Positions 50,613 through 64,000 are shown, counted from the stretch's first letter. The stretch is 64,000 nucleotides of DNA from Dictyostelium discoideum (GCA_000004695.1 CM000151.3:3040001-3104000), one strand, 5' to 3'. Notes: generated from the sequence alone by a model not told the origin. Numbers and translations: made by a program.

Positions 50613-51366
50613 CACCACCATTATCACCATTATCTGCACTTATAAGTTGATTGTTATTATTATTATTATCAGTATTTAATTTTATATCAATATCTAAAAC
50701 TTGAGGATTTAAACCTAAACTTTTTAAAGGACTTTTATGTAATATCTTTGTTTCATTATCTAAATATTGACCAGAGATAACTTTAATCATGAAATCAGTA
50801 TTACCATTTGTACGTTGAATTAATGGAATTGATTCATTCGATACATATTGGTAATCTGGTTCAACCATTTTCAATTGTTTTGGTAAATTTAACCAATAAT
50901 GAATGACCCAAAGTTTAGAGGTTGTCGAGGATGGCATCTCACTATGTACTATACCTTTACCCGATAGTATCCATTGAAGATCACCTGTCTTTAATACAAC
51001 TTTATTACCTAACGAATCATTATGTACCATCAAACCTTCCAACATATATGTCACCAATTGAATACCACGATGTGGATGATCTGGGAATCCTTTTTCATAT
51101 TCTTGAGGTGAATTGGTATTAATTTCATCCAACAATACAAATGGATCAATATGTTGTAACTCTTTATCACCACCTATTAATCTATTCAATACAAATCCTC
51201 CACCGTCACACATATTCTTTTCAAATCTATATACTTTAAATAATGAATTACTCTCTATTAATCCATTCTTTAATACTTTAACAATAACTTCTTTTTCATT
51301 TTTATTACAATTAATTTCACCACCACCACTACTACTACTACTACTACCACTAGTACTAATTGTACA

Positions 51367-51401
<35 letters not shown>

Positions 51402-51465
51402 TGTTATTATTATTATTAATGTTATTATTTCTTTGGACTGGTGTTGAGAAGCAATCCATCATCAT
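50095..51465 (-). CDS. pirin-like protein (bicupin) with poly-Asn insertions, single exon, 456 aa
   Basis: N-terminal pirin cupin motif GFPDHPHRGIQLVTYMLEGLMVHNDSLGNKVVLKTGDLQWILSGKGIVHSE and C-terminal PIFKYGPFVMSDMNDIHQCFIDFEYG. Confidence 0.9.
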
Positions 51466-52130
51466 GTTTTTTTTTTTATCGTCTTTTGTTATTTGTTTTT
51501 TTTATTTTTTTTTTTTTATATACTAAGGTGTTAATTTTTGCTTTTTTTTTTTTTTTTTTTTTTAATATACAAGTGTTGCGACGTTTTTTTTTTTTTTTTT
51601 TATAATTGATATTTTAATTAAAATTTTGCCCCAGGTGTTGGGGCTCTCAAAAAAAAAAAAATAAAAAAAAATAAAAAAATTAAAAAAATTAAAAATTATT
51701 TTTAATTTTTTTATTTTTTATTTATTTTTTTTTTTTTATTTTTTTTTTATTTTTTTTTAATATCTCTCACAATTTCGAAATACATTATAATTTTTTATTT
51801 TTTTTATTTTTTCTATTTTTCTATTTTTTTTTTTTATTGGAATATTCAAGTTAACTTATTAATTTGTAACAATCACTTTTTAAAAATACTGCACATATAA
51901 TAATAATAATAATAATAATAAAATAATAATTATAGTAATAATAATAATAGTAATAACAATAATAAGGAAAAAAGTTTAAATGGCTATTGGCATTAAATCA
52001 TATATTAAATAGACTTTTTTTTTGTAAACCCAATCTCTCAAAAAATAAAAAAATAAAAAAATAAAAAAATAAAAAAAGAAAAAAAAAAATTTAAAACAAT
52101 AGTTTTTTTTTTATAATATAAATTTATACA

Positions 52131-52198
52131 ATGTTTACGAAATATTCACACCATAATGGTTATCAGGGTAAGTATTTTCATTATAATTTTTTTTATTC

Positions 52199-52229
<31 letters not shown>

Positions 52230-53214
52230 AAAGAAAAAAAAATTTTTTATAATGAAATTTATATTAATATAGATTGATCATATTTATATATGTTTAGATG
52301 GAAGTCATTTACAACCTTTTCAATATCAACAACAAACTTATAATCAACAATCATATTTGAGACAACAACAACAAGCACCACAACAAATTTCTTATGGATT
52401 TAATCAACCAAATTCACCAACATCATCATCATCAACACCATCATCATCAACGGCAATGGGAAATTCATTCCAAAATCAAAGACAAATCAATTTACAACAA
52501 CAACAACAACAAGAACAATTTTTACAAGAACAAGTTTTTTATCAACAACAATTATTACAACAACAATCACAAATTAAAGAACAACAACGACAAAAAGAAC
52601 AAAAACAAAAAACAAATATTTTAAATATATATAAAGAGGGAAAACAAAAAATTATGATGTCTTTTTATAATCTTTATAGAAATTGTATGTTTTTAGGAAT
52701 TATTATTTATTTTCTATTATTATTTCATCGTTTATATATATTAACATTTTATTTAAAGATCCAACGGAGCCTCCACATTTTTCACCCTCACCAATTTGGT
52801 TAATGGGAAGGTGTTATACCTCAAAAGATAATAATAGTAATAATAATAGTAATAATAATCAAGTACCACAGACCCAACCAACACAACTTCAACAATCTAT
52901 AGGTATTTTTCAAAATAACAATAGTAATAGTAATAATAATAATAATCATAATAATAATCATAATAATAACAACAACAATTTAACTACAGATCTTATATAT
53001 AGACCAGCTATAGAATCAGGATTTTTATCAGATGTAGCTTCAATGATATGGTTTAGTTATAGGAAAGATTTCCCACCAATAGAAAATACAAATATTACTA
53101 CAGATATTGGTTGGGGTTGTATGTTAAGAACTGGTCAAATGATATTAGCTAGAGCATTAATTAAACATCTTTATAAAGAAAATGGTATGATTATTTGTTG
53201 TTTTATTTTATAAT

Positions 53215-53272
<58 letters not shown>

Positions 53273-54824
53273 TTAAACTTTATTAACCAATTAATTATTT
53301 TTATTTATTTTTTTTTTTTTTAAAAAAAAAAAAAGATATGGTACCAGAAATAGAAAGAAAGAAACCACATTCAAATTATAGCCAAGTGTTGGCATGGTTT
53401 AGTGATTATCCTTCAAAGGAGCATGTATATGGTATACATCAAATTGTAAATAAAAAACAAGCAATGGAAAAGAATAATAGAAAACAACAAATTTTAAGAG
53501 AACAAGTGATTTCATTAAATCGAGGAGGAGGAGGAAGTTCTAAAGGAAAAAAGAAAAAAGAAAAAGAAGAAGAGATAAATGATAATGTAGAGGAATGGTT
53601 AGCTCCAACTAGAATTTCAAATATTTTAAGACAATTAATTAAATTTCAACATTTGGAAGATTTAGAAATGTACGTTCCAACTGATGGTGTCATATATAAA
53701 GATTATATAAATAATTTATGTAATAATAGTAATACACATAATCATTATCAAATTATTCAACAACAATTACAACATTTAAGAGAACAACAAAATATTCAAC
53801 AAAATAATAATAAAAATAATAATAACAACAACCCAACAACCACAACAACTACAACAACCACAGCAACAAGTAGTAATAATAACAATAATCAATCACCACC
53901 ATCTAGAGTACCAAATGGATATAATAATCAAGTATTTGATGATGAATCATTATTTGACTATAACACAGCTATTAGTTCAATACCACCAAAGTGGAAATCA
54001 TTGATTATTATGATACCTTTGAAATTGGGTGCAGATAAATTAAACTCAACCTATATTGAAAAATTAAAATTATTATTAAAATTACCACAAAGTTTAGGTT
54101 TTATTGGTGGTAAACCAAAACAATCATTTTATTTTATTGGTTTTCAAGATGATCAAGTCATTTATTTAGATCCTCATTTTGTCCAAGAAAGTGTTAATCC
54201 AAATTCATTCGATTATTCAAATGTAAGTTTTATAAATAATAATAATAATAATTCATTCGATTATTCAAATCTAAGTTTTATTAATATATATTTATATATA
54301 TATTATAAATAATAATTAAATAGACATATAGTGGATGTATACCGCAAAAAATGCCATTTACACAATTAGATCCATCTTTATCAATTGGATTTTATTGTAG
54401 AGATCAAGCAAGTTTTGAAGATCTTTGTGATAGATTATCTGTAATTAATAATTGTGAATTTCCAATCATTTCAGTTTGTCAAAAGTTACCAGATTATCAA
54501 ATCGAATGTGAATTGGTTGATGATTATGCAGAGAGTGAAACAACTGAAATGCTTGCAATCACTATTGCAAATGGTGGAAATAATCATTCTTGTATTCCTG
54601 AAAATATTGTTGTTGATGATGAAGAATTTATAGTTCATCATCATATTCCCTATAATCCAAATAATAATCAAAATAATAATCAAAATAATAATAATAACAA
54701 CAACAAAAACAACAACAACAACACTAACCAACAACAAACTCCAAACTATCCACCAAAATTAAATACTTATCAACCTGATTTTTCTAGTGATGGTGAAATC
54801 GATGATTTTACAATGGTTGGCTAA
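52131..54824 (+). CDS. atg4: autophagy cysteine protease Atg4; exons 52131..52167, 52298..52684, 52759..53184, 53336..54222, 54324..54824; about 745 aa
   Basis: PIWLMGRCY, SDVASMIWFSYRKDFPPI, TTDIGWGCMLRTGQMILARAL (catalytic Cys), ..IPLKLGADKLNSTYIEKLKLLLKLPQSLGFIGGKPKQSFYFIGFQDDQVIYLDPH (Asp/His) and C-terminal FTQLDPSLSIGFYC all match Atg4. The four introns (GTAAGT, GTATGT, GTATGA and GTAAGT donors) close in phase. A Gln-rich insertion lies in exon 2. Exon 1 (12 codons) is the least certain. Confidence 0.85.
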
Positions 54825-54850
54825 AAAAAAAAAAAACAAAAACAAAAACA

Positions 54851-54887
<37 letters not shown>

Positions 54888-55015
54888 AGTAAATAGATCT
54901 TCCTCTTCTTTTATTTATTTCCCAACTCCAATTCTCCTTAATAAAATTTTTGTAATATAATTCCAACCAAATAGTATCACTTTTTTTTTTTTTTAATATA
55001 TATTAATTTATTTAT

Positions 55016-55284
55016 TTAAACTTTTGTTATGAAAACTTCCTCTGGTAAACGAATTTGAACTTTATCACCAGGTTTTAAATAAATTGGACCTTTACAAGAA
55101 CGACCATTTTCAAAATGAAGAACATTATTGTTTTGGAGATCTGATACAGATCTAATAGTAAGATCAATTTGTGTTGGTCCTTTAAAATCAATTACATTAC
55201 CATTATATGTTCTAAAATGGAATTCAGTATCTATTTAATTGGAAAAAACAAATGAATATAATTAGTTTTTATTTTTTTATTTAA

Positions 55285-55376
<92 letters not shown>

Positions 55377-55837
55377 ACAATACCTTCACCGAATAAAGAT
55401 AAATATGGTGAATAACCATCTAATTGTGAAATATTTGTACAAACAAAATCTTCATCATCTTCTTCATCACCTTCACTATCAATTCTTCTAAAAACAAAAG
55501 CTTTACCATCTTTGATAGTTTCAACGAAATTATAAGTACTTCTTGAGAGATCAACTAATTCTATATTCTCTGCACTTCTAAATTTAATATTACTTTTTGA
55601 ACCATCAATAACATTCTTCATATCGGTAATGATGAAACCACCTCTCATTGCAACCTTTTGATGTACAACTTTCTCAATTTGGAATAATTTGGACTTATGT
55701 TCAATCCACATACCTTTCTTTAATTCACTTGCTTCAATCTCTTGAAATCTTTTTGCATATTGGCATGTTTCAATAGTTGATTGTTGTCTATTTATTAAAC
55801 GTGTAATACTTGTTGATGCTTTTAAAAATTTATTCAT
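55016..55837 (-). CDS. elongation factor P (EF-P/EfpL)-like organellar protein; exons 55837..55384, 55230..55016; 222 aa
   Basis: Presequence-like N-terminus (MNKFLKASTSITRLINRQQ). A KOW/OB-fold pattern (LKKGMWIEHKSKLFQIEKVVHQKVAMRGGFIITDMKNVIDGSKSNIKFRSAENIE) resembles EF-P domain I with the R-type loop. Exon 2 encodes an OB-like domain. The 153-bp intron carries (ATT)n and closes in phase. Confidence 0.6.
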
Positions 55838-56405
55838 TTTTTTCAGTTGTTACTATAAATTATTTTAAAAAATAAAAAACAATAAATGTTGAAATTTTTT
55901 TTTTTTTTTTTTTTTCCAAGCAATTTGGATTTTTTTTTTTTTTTATTTTTTTTTTTATTTTTTATTATTTTTAATTATTTTTTTATTTGGGTTTATATTA
56001 AAAAAAAAAAAAAAAAATCCAAATATTATTTAGCACTTTCATTTTCTCTTGATTAAGCAAATTGTTTTTTTTATTTTTTTTATTTTTTTATTTTTTTTTA
56101 TCTTTTTTATTTTTCTTTATTAAATTAATTTTTCCAATTAAGTTTTAATTGATTAAAAACTTTATTGAAAAAGGTTAATAAAAAATATCTACCGTTTTTT
56201 TTTTTTTTTCTCAAAGGGCTACGAGAAAATAAATCTAAATTTGAATATTAAAAAAAAAAAAAAATGTGAAATCAAAAATATCTTTCCACCAATTTTTAGT
56301 TTTATTTTTTTTTTTTTTTTTTTTAATTTTATTTTTTTTTAATTTTATTTTTTTACCTTTTTTTTTTTTTTTTTTTTTTTATATATGGATATTATTTGTA
56401 TATAA

Positions 56406-57331
56406 ATGGTAAATAATAATAATAAAAATAATAAAATTAATGACAGAGAAAATGAAGAAAATGAAAAAAATAAAAAAAAGGATAAAATATATGAAAATAA
56501 AATAGGAATTAATGAAAATAATAATGAAAATAATAATTACCAAAATGAAAATTTTATTTATACAAGCGGAGATAGTAATGATACACAAGAGGGTGATATT
56601 TCTGAAATACAAGAAGAATCTACAAATGAAAATAATAAAAAATTAAAAAAAAGAAAAATAAAAAAAACCAAAAGTCTTTATTTTTATAAATGTGTTACAG
56701 GGCCCGATAAATTATTTTTTATAGTTACTCAAATTTTTATATTAGTTCCATCATTATTTTTTGAAATCAAATTGTATGTTTAATTTTTTTTTTTTTTTAA
56801 ATTATTTTAATTATAACATATATTAACAATTTATTTATTTTCTTTATTAATTTTATTAAATTAAATAAAATTAAATTAAATAAAAAAAAAAGGGTACCAA
56901 TAAGTTTAGAAATTTCAAAAAAATTAGAAATTTCAAATTATATCATTACTTTAACATTATTGGTTTTTATATTTTATAATTTATATAAATGCGCATTTAC
57001 AAATCCAGGTATAATTACAAGAAATAATATTGAAGAAAGTAAAAAAGATAAAATAAAATTAACAAAATTACAAGCAACTAAAAAAGCTTTAAAGAAATTT
57101 ATAACATCAGGTATGGATGAAATTGCAAATGATGATCCAATTTCATCATCATCTGATTTTAGTGATAGCGATGATGATGATCAAGATGAACAAGGTGGTA
57201 GTAGTAGTGCTCGAAATAGTTTTGAAAATAGTGGTGATTTCATCGTAGAAATGGAACAACCCACAAATAGTAACAACAACAACAGTAATAATAATAATAA
57301 TAATAATAAAAATAGAAATAGAAATAATAAC

Positions 57332-57363
<32 letters not shown>

Positions 57364-57850
57364 TCAATCAAAATATAAAGAAATTCAAATTGGTGATAGT
57401 GATTTTAAATATAAATGTAAATTTTGTATTACATGTGGATTATATAGAGAACCAAGATCTTTTCATTGCTCAACTTGTAATAATTGTGTAGAGAATTTTG
57501 ATCATCATTGTGTTTGGATTGGAAATTGTATTGGTCGTAGAAATTATAGAGAATTTTTTTATTTTATAACAACAACTTTAATTTATGCACTATATCTTTT
57601 ATCAATGTCAATTGTATTTTTAAATCAAATTGTAAATACAACTGAATCACCTGCAAATAAAATTAATAATAATAATATTAATAGTAATAGTAGCAATCAC
57701 AATAGTAGTAATGATTTAAATGAAAAGTTTGAAAAATCAATAAATAATATTTTATATGCTTTAAGAACTACAAGTGGAGGTTTATGGTAAGTCGAAAAAT
57801 CTAATTTAAAGATAATCTCAAATCAATGTGATTAATCACCCACACTGTGC

Positions 57851-57882
<32 letters not shown>

Positions 57883-58235
57883 TTTTTTTTTTTAATTATT
57901 GATTTTTTTTTTTTTTTAAAAAAAAAAAAAAGATAAATCAATTAACTTTTTCTTAATTTTCCTGATTACTAATAATTTTTATTTTTAGTATTTTTATAAT
58001 TATTTTTGGTTTTATAATGTCACTGTTGTTAGGATTTTTAGTATCATATCATATAAGATTAACTCTTTCAAATAAATCAACAATCGAGGATTTTAAAAAG
58101 ATTTTCGAAAACCAAATAAACCCATACGATAAAGGGTGGTTGTTCAACTTAAAAATTAAACTTTTTAATTTCAATAATAGTAATAATAATATTAATATTA
58201 ATAATAATAATACTAATAATAATATTAATTCTTAA
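56406..58235 (+). CDS. DHHC-type protein S-acyltransferase (zDHHC palmitoyltransferase); exons 56406..56773, 56893..57786, 57989..58235; about 502 aa
   Basis: CRD C-x2-C..CxxC..ENFDHHCVWIGNCIGRRNYREFF lies between TM helices. C-terminal TTxE-like (STIEDFKK) and NPYDKG motifs are present. Introns have GTATGT and GTAAGT donors and split codons in phase. N-terminal and internal Asn/Asp tracts. Confidence 0.88.
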
Positions 58236-59182
58236 AAAAAAAAAAAAAAATAATTTCAATATTTTATTTTTTAAATAAATAATAATTAAGAATTCTTTCT
58301 ATTTTTATCTAATTATTTATTTAATTTAATTTATTAAATTTATTTATTTATTTATTTATTTTTTTTTTTTCTTTTTTCCAAAATTATTATTATTTTTTGT
58401 ATTATCTTGGAAAATTAAAAATTTAATTTAAAGCTTTTTTACGAAGATACAATTATCAGTTTTTTTAAATCAAATTATTTAGATTTATTAATTCCCTAAT
58501 AAAGGTTAATAATTTACAATTATGCTTGTATTTTTTAATAGTTTTTTTTTTATTTTACTTTCACATTAAAAGGACAATGAGGCAAATCACCAAAAACTAT
58601 ACAAAGAATCTTTTTTGAGGAATGTGATTTAATTTTAACTTGTTTGTTTCTCATAAACTTTAATCTTTTTTTTTTAATAAAAAAAAAAAAAAAAAAAAAA
58701 AAAAGGAAAAAATCTAGTTATGATCAAAAAAAAAAAAAAAATTAGAAATAAAAAAAAAAAAAAAATATTTAATCTCGCCAAATTAAGATATTTATAAAAA
58801 AAAAAAAAAATATATTAAAATTTAAAAAAAAAACAATTTTGTAATCCAGTGCACTGGATGATTATTAAAAAATTAGTAAATTGGCAAACATATCATCAAA
58901 ATTTCTTTTAAAATAATGAGTACACATTTTAAATCTAAAAAGTTATTTTGTTTTTTTTTTATTTTTCTATTTTTTTTTTTTTTTTCTATTTTTTTTTTTT
59001 TTATTATTTTTTATTTTTTTTTTAATGTAATAATTTTTTTTTTTCTAAAAAAAGTGTCCTCACAAATATTTTTAATATATGTATACTGTTTTTATTAAAT
59101 AATTTACATTAATCATAAATTATTAATAATAAACACCACCCACAGTATCAATCAAAAAAAAAAAAAAAAATCAAAAAAAACC

Positions 59183-59213
<31 letters not shown>

Positions 59214-59299
59214 TCACATTATAAAAATAATAAAATAACTATTACAATAACTCACACATTCTCTACACAAATTATTTTAAACACAAATAATTTAAATTA

Positions 59300-59312
59300 C
59301 CCACACCACACA
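59300..59312. promoter_or_regulatory. CA-rich G-box-like element CCCACACCACACA, about 600 bp upstream of the histidine kinase ATG
   Basis: An isolated GC/CA-rich 13-mer in AT-rich DNA. Its reverse complement is TGTGTGGTGTGGG. Confidence 0.35.
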
Positions 59313-59905
59313 TTAAAACCAACATTAACACTTTTTTTTATAACGGTATTGTACACCTACCTTTGTAAAAAAAAATATATATAAATTTTTTTTAAAAAAA
59401 ATAAAAATAAAAAAAAAAAAAAAATAATTAATTGCATTGTAATTTTGTTTTTGATTTATCGTCAACTATTACATCCTTTTAAAATTCATTCTAATATTTA
59501 CACAAAAAATAAATAACCTAATAATATTTAAAAAAACAATAGTAATAGTAATAGTAATATTAATAATAAAAATAATAGAAACCATTAATGATTAAATAAT
59601 TTTTTTTTGTTATTAATTTTTTATTTTTTTATTTTTCCTTAATCGTTCAAAGTCATTAATCTAAAAAAAAAAAAAAAGAAAAAAAAAATAGTTTAAAAAC
59701 TATAGTTTTTATTTTTTTTTTTTATTTTTTTCTTGTAATTTTATTTATTTATTTATTTATTTTTGTAATAATATAAAAAAAAAAAAAAAAAAAAAACAAA
59801 AAAAAAAAACAAAAAAAAAAAAAATAAAAGATTTTTAAAGATATATAAAGATAAAAAGATAAAAATAAAAATAAAAAAATAAAAAAATATTTTTTTTAAA
59901 GAAAA

Positions 59906-61266
59906 ATGATTTATTTAAAAATATTAGAAAAATTAAATCAAGCAATTTGGTTATTCGATATAAATAAAAGAGTATTGATTTGGGGTAATCAATCATGTAA
60001 AAAATATAAAAATATTGAATCAATAACATCATTATTTAATAATTCAAATTTAATAAATGATATTAGAAATGGTAAATCAAAACATGAACACATCGATATA
60101 ATAGAATCCAACGAAAATGGAGAGATTTTAAAACAAATGATATTTAAATATTCATCAATACATATTAGTGATATGGATGCAAGACAATTATATTTGGATA
60201 CTAGTATTAATTTATTAGTAAATCAAGATAGTCATTATTTAGATTACGAAGGTAAACGAATTTTTATATTAGTAGAAGCAATTGAAGAAATTAAATTTAT
60301 TCAATCACCATTATCATCATCAATTGAAAATCATAATATAAATAATAATCAAAATAATCAAAATTCTGTAAATATTAATAGTAGTAATAAAGGACAATAT
60401 AATAGACCAGAACCATCAAACATGGGATCTTGGGAATGGAATGTTCAAAATGATACAACTAAAGCATCTAATCAATTTTATAAAATAATTGGTATTGAAA
60501 ATGATTTTAATAAAAAATTGAATTTTAATGATTTTATTAATAAACTTGGTATTCAAGAAATTCAACCAATAATTAATAATTGTATAGAATCAAATAGTTC
60601 TTCATTTGAATATCCATTAAGAATTAATAGAAAAAATGATAATTTAGTTAGATATATTCAATTAAAGTTTGTATTATTATTATTATTATAATTATCATTT
60701 TTATTAATTATTTATTAATTTCCAAACTTTTTTTTTTATTTTTTTTTTTTTTTTTCAATGAAAAAAAAAAGAGGTGAAATTATTAAAAAAGATGATAAAG
60801 TTTTTAAAGTTTTAGGAGTTTGTCATGATTTTAGTGAAATTCAAGAAGCAAAAGATAAATTAGAAGAAGAGAGTAAATTTGTTGAAGCATTAATTGGTTG
60901 TTTAAAAGCAGGCATTGTTGCATGTAATTCAAATGGTGATTTAACACATTTCAATAAGAGTGCACAAGATTTACATGGATTAGAATTGAACGATAAAACC
61001 GATAGAAAACAATTATTAGATCAAATTTTAAAATGTTATAGATCACCATATGAACAAATAAATTTAGAAAAATCAGGTACACCAATTATTAGAGCATTAA
61101 GTGGTGAATTTATAAATGATCAAGAAATTATAATTACTCCAACTTCAAATCAACAACAATCATCATTATCAAAATCAAATAGACCAAGATCACAATCAAA
61201 TTGTTCAAATGGTAATAAATCACAAAATAGATTATCAAAAAATTATAGTACAACAACAACAACAAC

Positions 61267-61330
<64 letters not shown>

Positions 61331-64000
61331 TCAATTTCACAACAACAACAAACACAAGTATCAACACAACAAACACAACAACAACAAAATACAACAAATG
61401 GAATAGGTGGTGCAACAACATCAACAACAGCAGCAGCAGCAACAATAACATCACCACAACAAATACCAATTGCAACTAAAATTCCAACAAAGATAAATGA
61501 TAATGAATTTTTAGTTTTGGCAAGTGGTCAAGAGATTGTTTCAAAAGATGGTAAAACCATTGGTGCATTTGTAGCCTTACATGATATTACTGAAAGAAAA
61601 CGTAATGAAGTTATACTAAAGAATGCAACAGAGGAGGCACAAAGGGCTAATCAATTAAAAGGTGAATTTTTGGCAAATATTAGTCATGAATTATTGAGTC
61701 CAATGAATTCAATCATTGGTATGGTTGGTTTATGTTTAGATGTTGCACCAAGGAATCTAAAGGAAATGTTAAATGATGTTGTGGAGTCGTCAAAGATTCT
61801 ATTGGATTTACTTCACCAAATTTTAGATTTCACAACATTGGAATCAAATTCATTGGCAGTTAGACCTTTCCCATTCAAGTTACGTGATACATTCAATCAA
61901 TTATTTAAAGTTTTCTATACACGTATCATTGAAAAGAAGATTAGTTTAACCTTTTCAATCGATCCAAATATTGCCGATGATTTCTATGGTGATCAAAATC
62001 GTTTAAAACAAATCCTTTCAAATCTAATTGATAATGCAATAAAATTTTCAAATTCTTCAAATATAAATAATTCAATTTCAATCATTGTTGAACAATTAAC
62101 TCATAATCAATTTAAAAAATATAAAGACTCTTTTAGATCAAATTCAAAGACTCATAGTAGATTAAATTCACATGATGATTATAGTATCGATGGTGATTAT
62201 GATGATCAAGATAATAATGATTCTTATTTTGGTAGAGATATTAATGTTTCAGATAATGAATCAGCTGTTGGTGGTTTTAGTGAATTAGATGAAAAAGATA
62301 ATAGTGATGATGATGATGAAAATGATGATGAAAATGATGAAACTGATGAAAATGATGATGATACCGACGACGATACATCATCAAACACTTCAAGAAATAA
62401 TATAAGTAATAATTTATTATTTCATAATAATACCAGTGGTGGTGGTGGAGGTGGTATTAATAAACGTGAAAAATTTAAAAAAAAAGATCGTGAAGGGTTT
62501 GTTAATCTAAAATTTTCAATTAAAGATCGTGGTATTGGTGTACCAGAGGATAAACATGATTTCATTTTCGATAGATTCTTTCAAGTTGATGGTTCATATA
62601 GTCGTGTTCAAGGTGGTGTTGGTTTAGGTTTAAGTATTTGCAAAAAGTTAATTGAATTCTTTGGTGGTGCAATTTGGTTTGAAAGTGAAGCATCACAAGG
62701 TTCAACTTTTCATTTCATTCTCTCAATTAAAAGTGTTGAAGCACCATCACCAAAATCACCTTCATTACAATCAAGTAATGGTTCAATCAATTCAACCACT
62801 AAATTATTTGAATCTAGTAGATTAAAAAATGAAATTTATATTCCATCACTTCCAAATGTTCAAACTAAAAAAGTGAAAAAAGATTCAAATGATAATGGTA
62901 ATAACGATTCAACAAATTATGGTATTTCTTTAAGTAATAGTATGAATAATATAAATATCAATGGTAGTACATTAAATAATAATAATAGTATTAATAATAA
63001 TAATAATTCAAATGATAATGGTCCATTAACAAGTCGTACACCATCAAATAGTTATTATAATTTCATTGCCTCTTTAAATAATACATCATTAAAATCTTCA
63101 AGTCATAATACTCTTAGTTCAAGTCCAACTGGTTTTAATGGTATTTCAAATTTAAATATTAGTGGTTTAAATAATCTTAGTAATTTATCAAATAATCCAA
63201 ATAATCTTAATAATATAATTGGTAATACTAATGGAAATAATAATACCAATGGAAATAATAATAGTGGTATAAGTTTAAATAATAGTAATAATAATATTCA
63301 AACTCCAAATGGTTTAAATAATAGTCGTGGTTCAAGTTTAATTTCAACACCTTCAACTAAAAATGTTAAAAAACAACATAGTTGTCCAATGGATTTAATT
63401 CAAAGAATTCATTCAATTTGTACACCACGTGGTCCAATTTCCAAAGAATGTGGTTTAAATAATTTACCAGCTTATTCACCACCAAAATCACCTGGTCGTA
63501 GTTTAAGTCACGGTGGTAAAAATTATTCAAATTTAATTAGTACCCCTAGAGGTGGTGTTGGTTATAGTTCACCACCTATCAACAGTAGTAGTAGTAGTGG
63601 GGGTGGTAGCAGTACAAATGGTAGCAATAGTGGTAATAGTAGTGCAAATAATTCAACTCCTTCATCATCTTCATTATCCTCAACTCCATTAACATCTTCA
63701 AATACACCATCACCAGTTTCAATATCATCAAATAATGTTAATAATAATAATCAACAACAACAAACACAACCAATTTTATCACCAATTTTACCATTAAAAG
63801 ATAACTCAATTGATATCTCTGATTTAAATAATATTAATAGTTTAACACCAAATTCTTCAAATTCAACCTCAACAAATGTAACTCAAAGCAGTTCAAATAT
63901 TATTAATAATGGTAATAGTATAACAATTATAAATAATAATCCAGTTACTCCAAATGGTAAAAAAATAGTTATAGTTCCATTATTAAGTTTACAATCTGCT
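59906..64000 (+). CDS. PAS-domain histidine kinase (dhk family), 5' partial in window (runs off the 3' end); exon 1 59906..60670, exon 2 from about 60772 to beyond 64000
   Basis: Two PAS domains. The first is split by the intron (..FEYPLRINRKNDNLVRYIQLKF | RGEIIKKDDKVFKVLGVCHDFSEI). Then comes an HisKA H-box (GEFLANISHELLSPMNSIIGMVGL) and an HATPase_c domain (N-box LIDNAIKFS, G1 KDRGIGV, G2 GGVGLGLSICKKL). The downstream frame stays open with no stop to position 64000. The exon 1/exon 2 junction does not close in phase with any GT..AG pair (see findings). Confidence 0.85.

Overview
This window is a gene-dense, very AT-rich eukaryotic chromosomal segment with the hallmarks of Dictyostelium discoideum. 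It has long poly-Asn and poly-Gln codon tracts (AAT and CAA repeats inside ORFs). Introns are short (70-280 bp) and AT-rich, with GTAAGT or GTATGT donors and (T)nAG acceptors. Intergenic DNA is full of A or T homopolymers and short microsatellites. I joined the six-frame ORFs across canonical splice sites, checked the reading phase at every junction, and reconstructed about 23 protein-coding genes. The best supported are the cAMP receptor cAR1 (carA), actin-binding protein Abp1 (abpE), 4-hydroxyphenylpyruvate dioxygenase, Nit1-type nitrilase, RNA polymerase III subunit RPC8, TFIIE-alpha, an ankyrin/SAM protein kinase, an RNF4-like RING ligase, an M1 aminopeptidase, NF-YC, pirin, Atg4, a DHHC palmitoyltransferase and a 5' partial PAS histidine kinase. 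I found no rRNA, tRNA, CRISPR array or recognisable transposon, and no prokaryote-type defence or mobile system; this is ordinary single-copy eukaryotic chromosome. The points worth a second look are these: two genes whose exon phases cannot be reconciled with the sequence as given (likely homopolymer indels or pseudogenisation); a duplicated, disabled splice donor inside an atg4 intron; CA-rich (G-box-like) promoter elements upstream of carA and of the histidine kinase; a repeat family in the HPPD promoter; several GC-rich perfect hairpins or palindromes and two GC islands that could be small ncRNA or regulatory elements; and a protein with a plant-type SHI/SRS-like zinc ribbon. All coordinates are from manual translation. 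Splice junctions inside long low-complexity tracts are the least certain.
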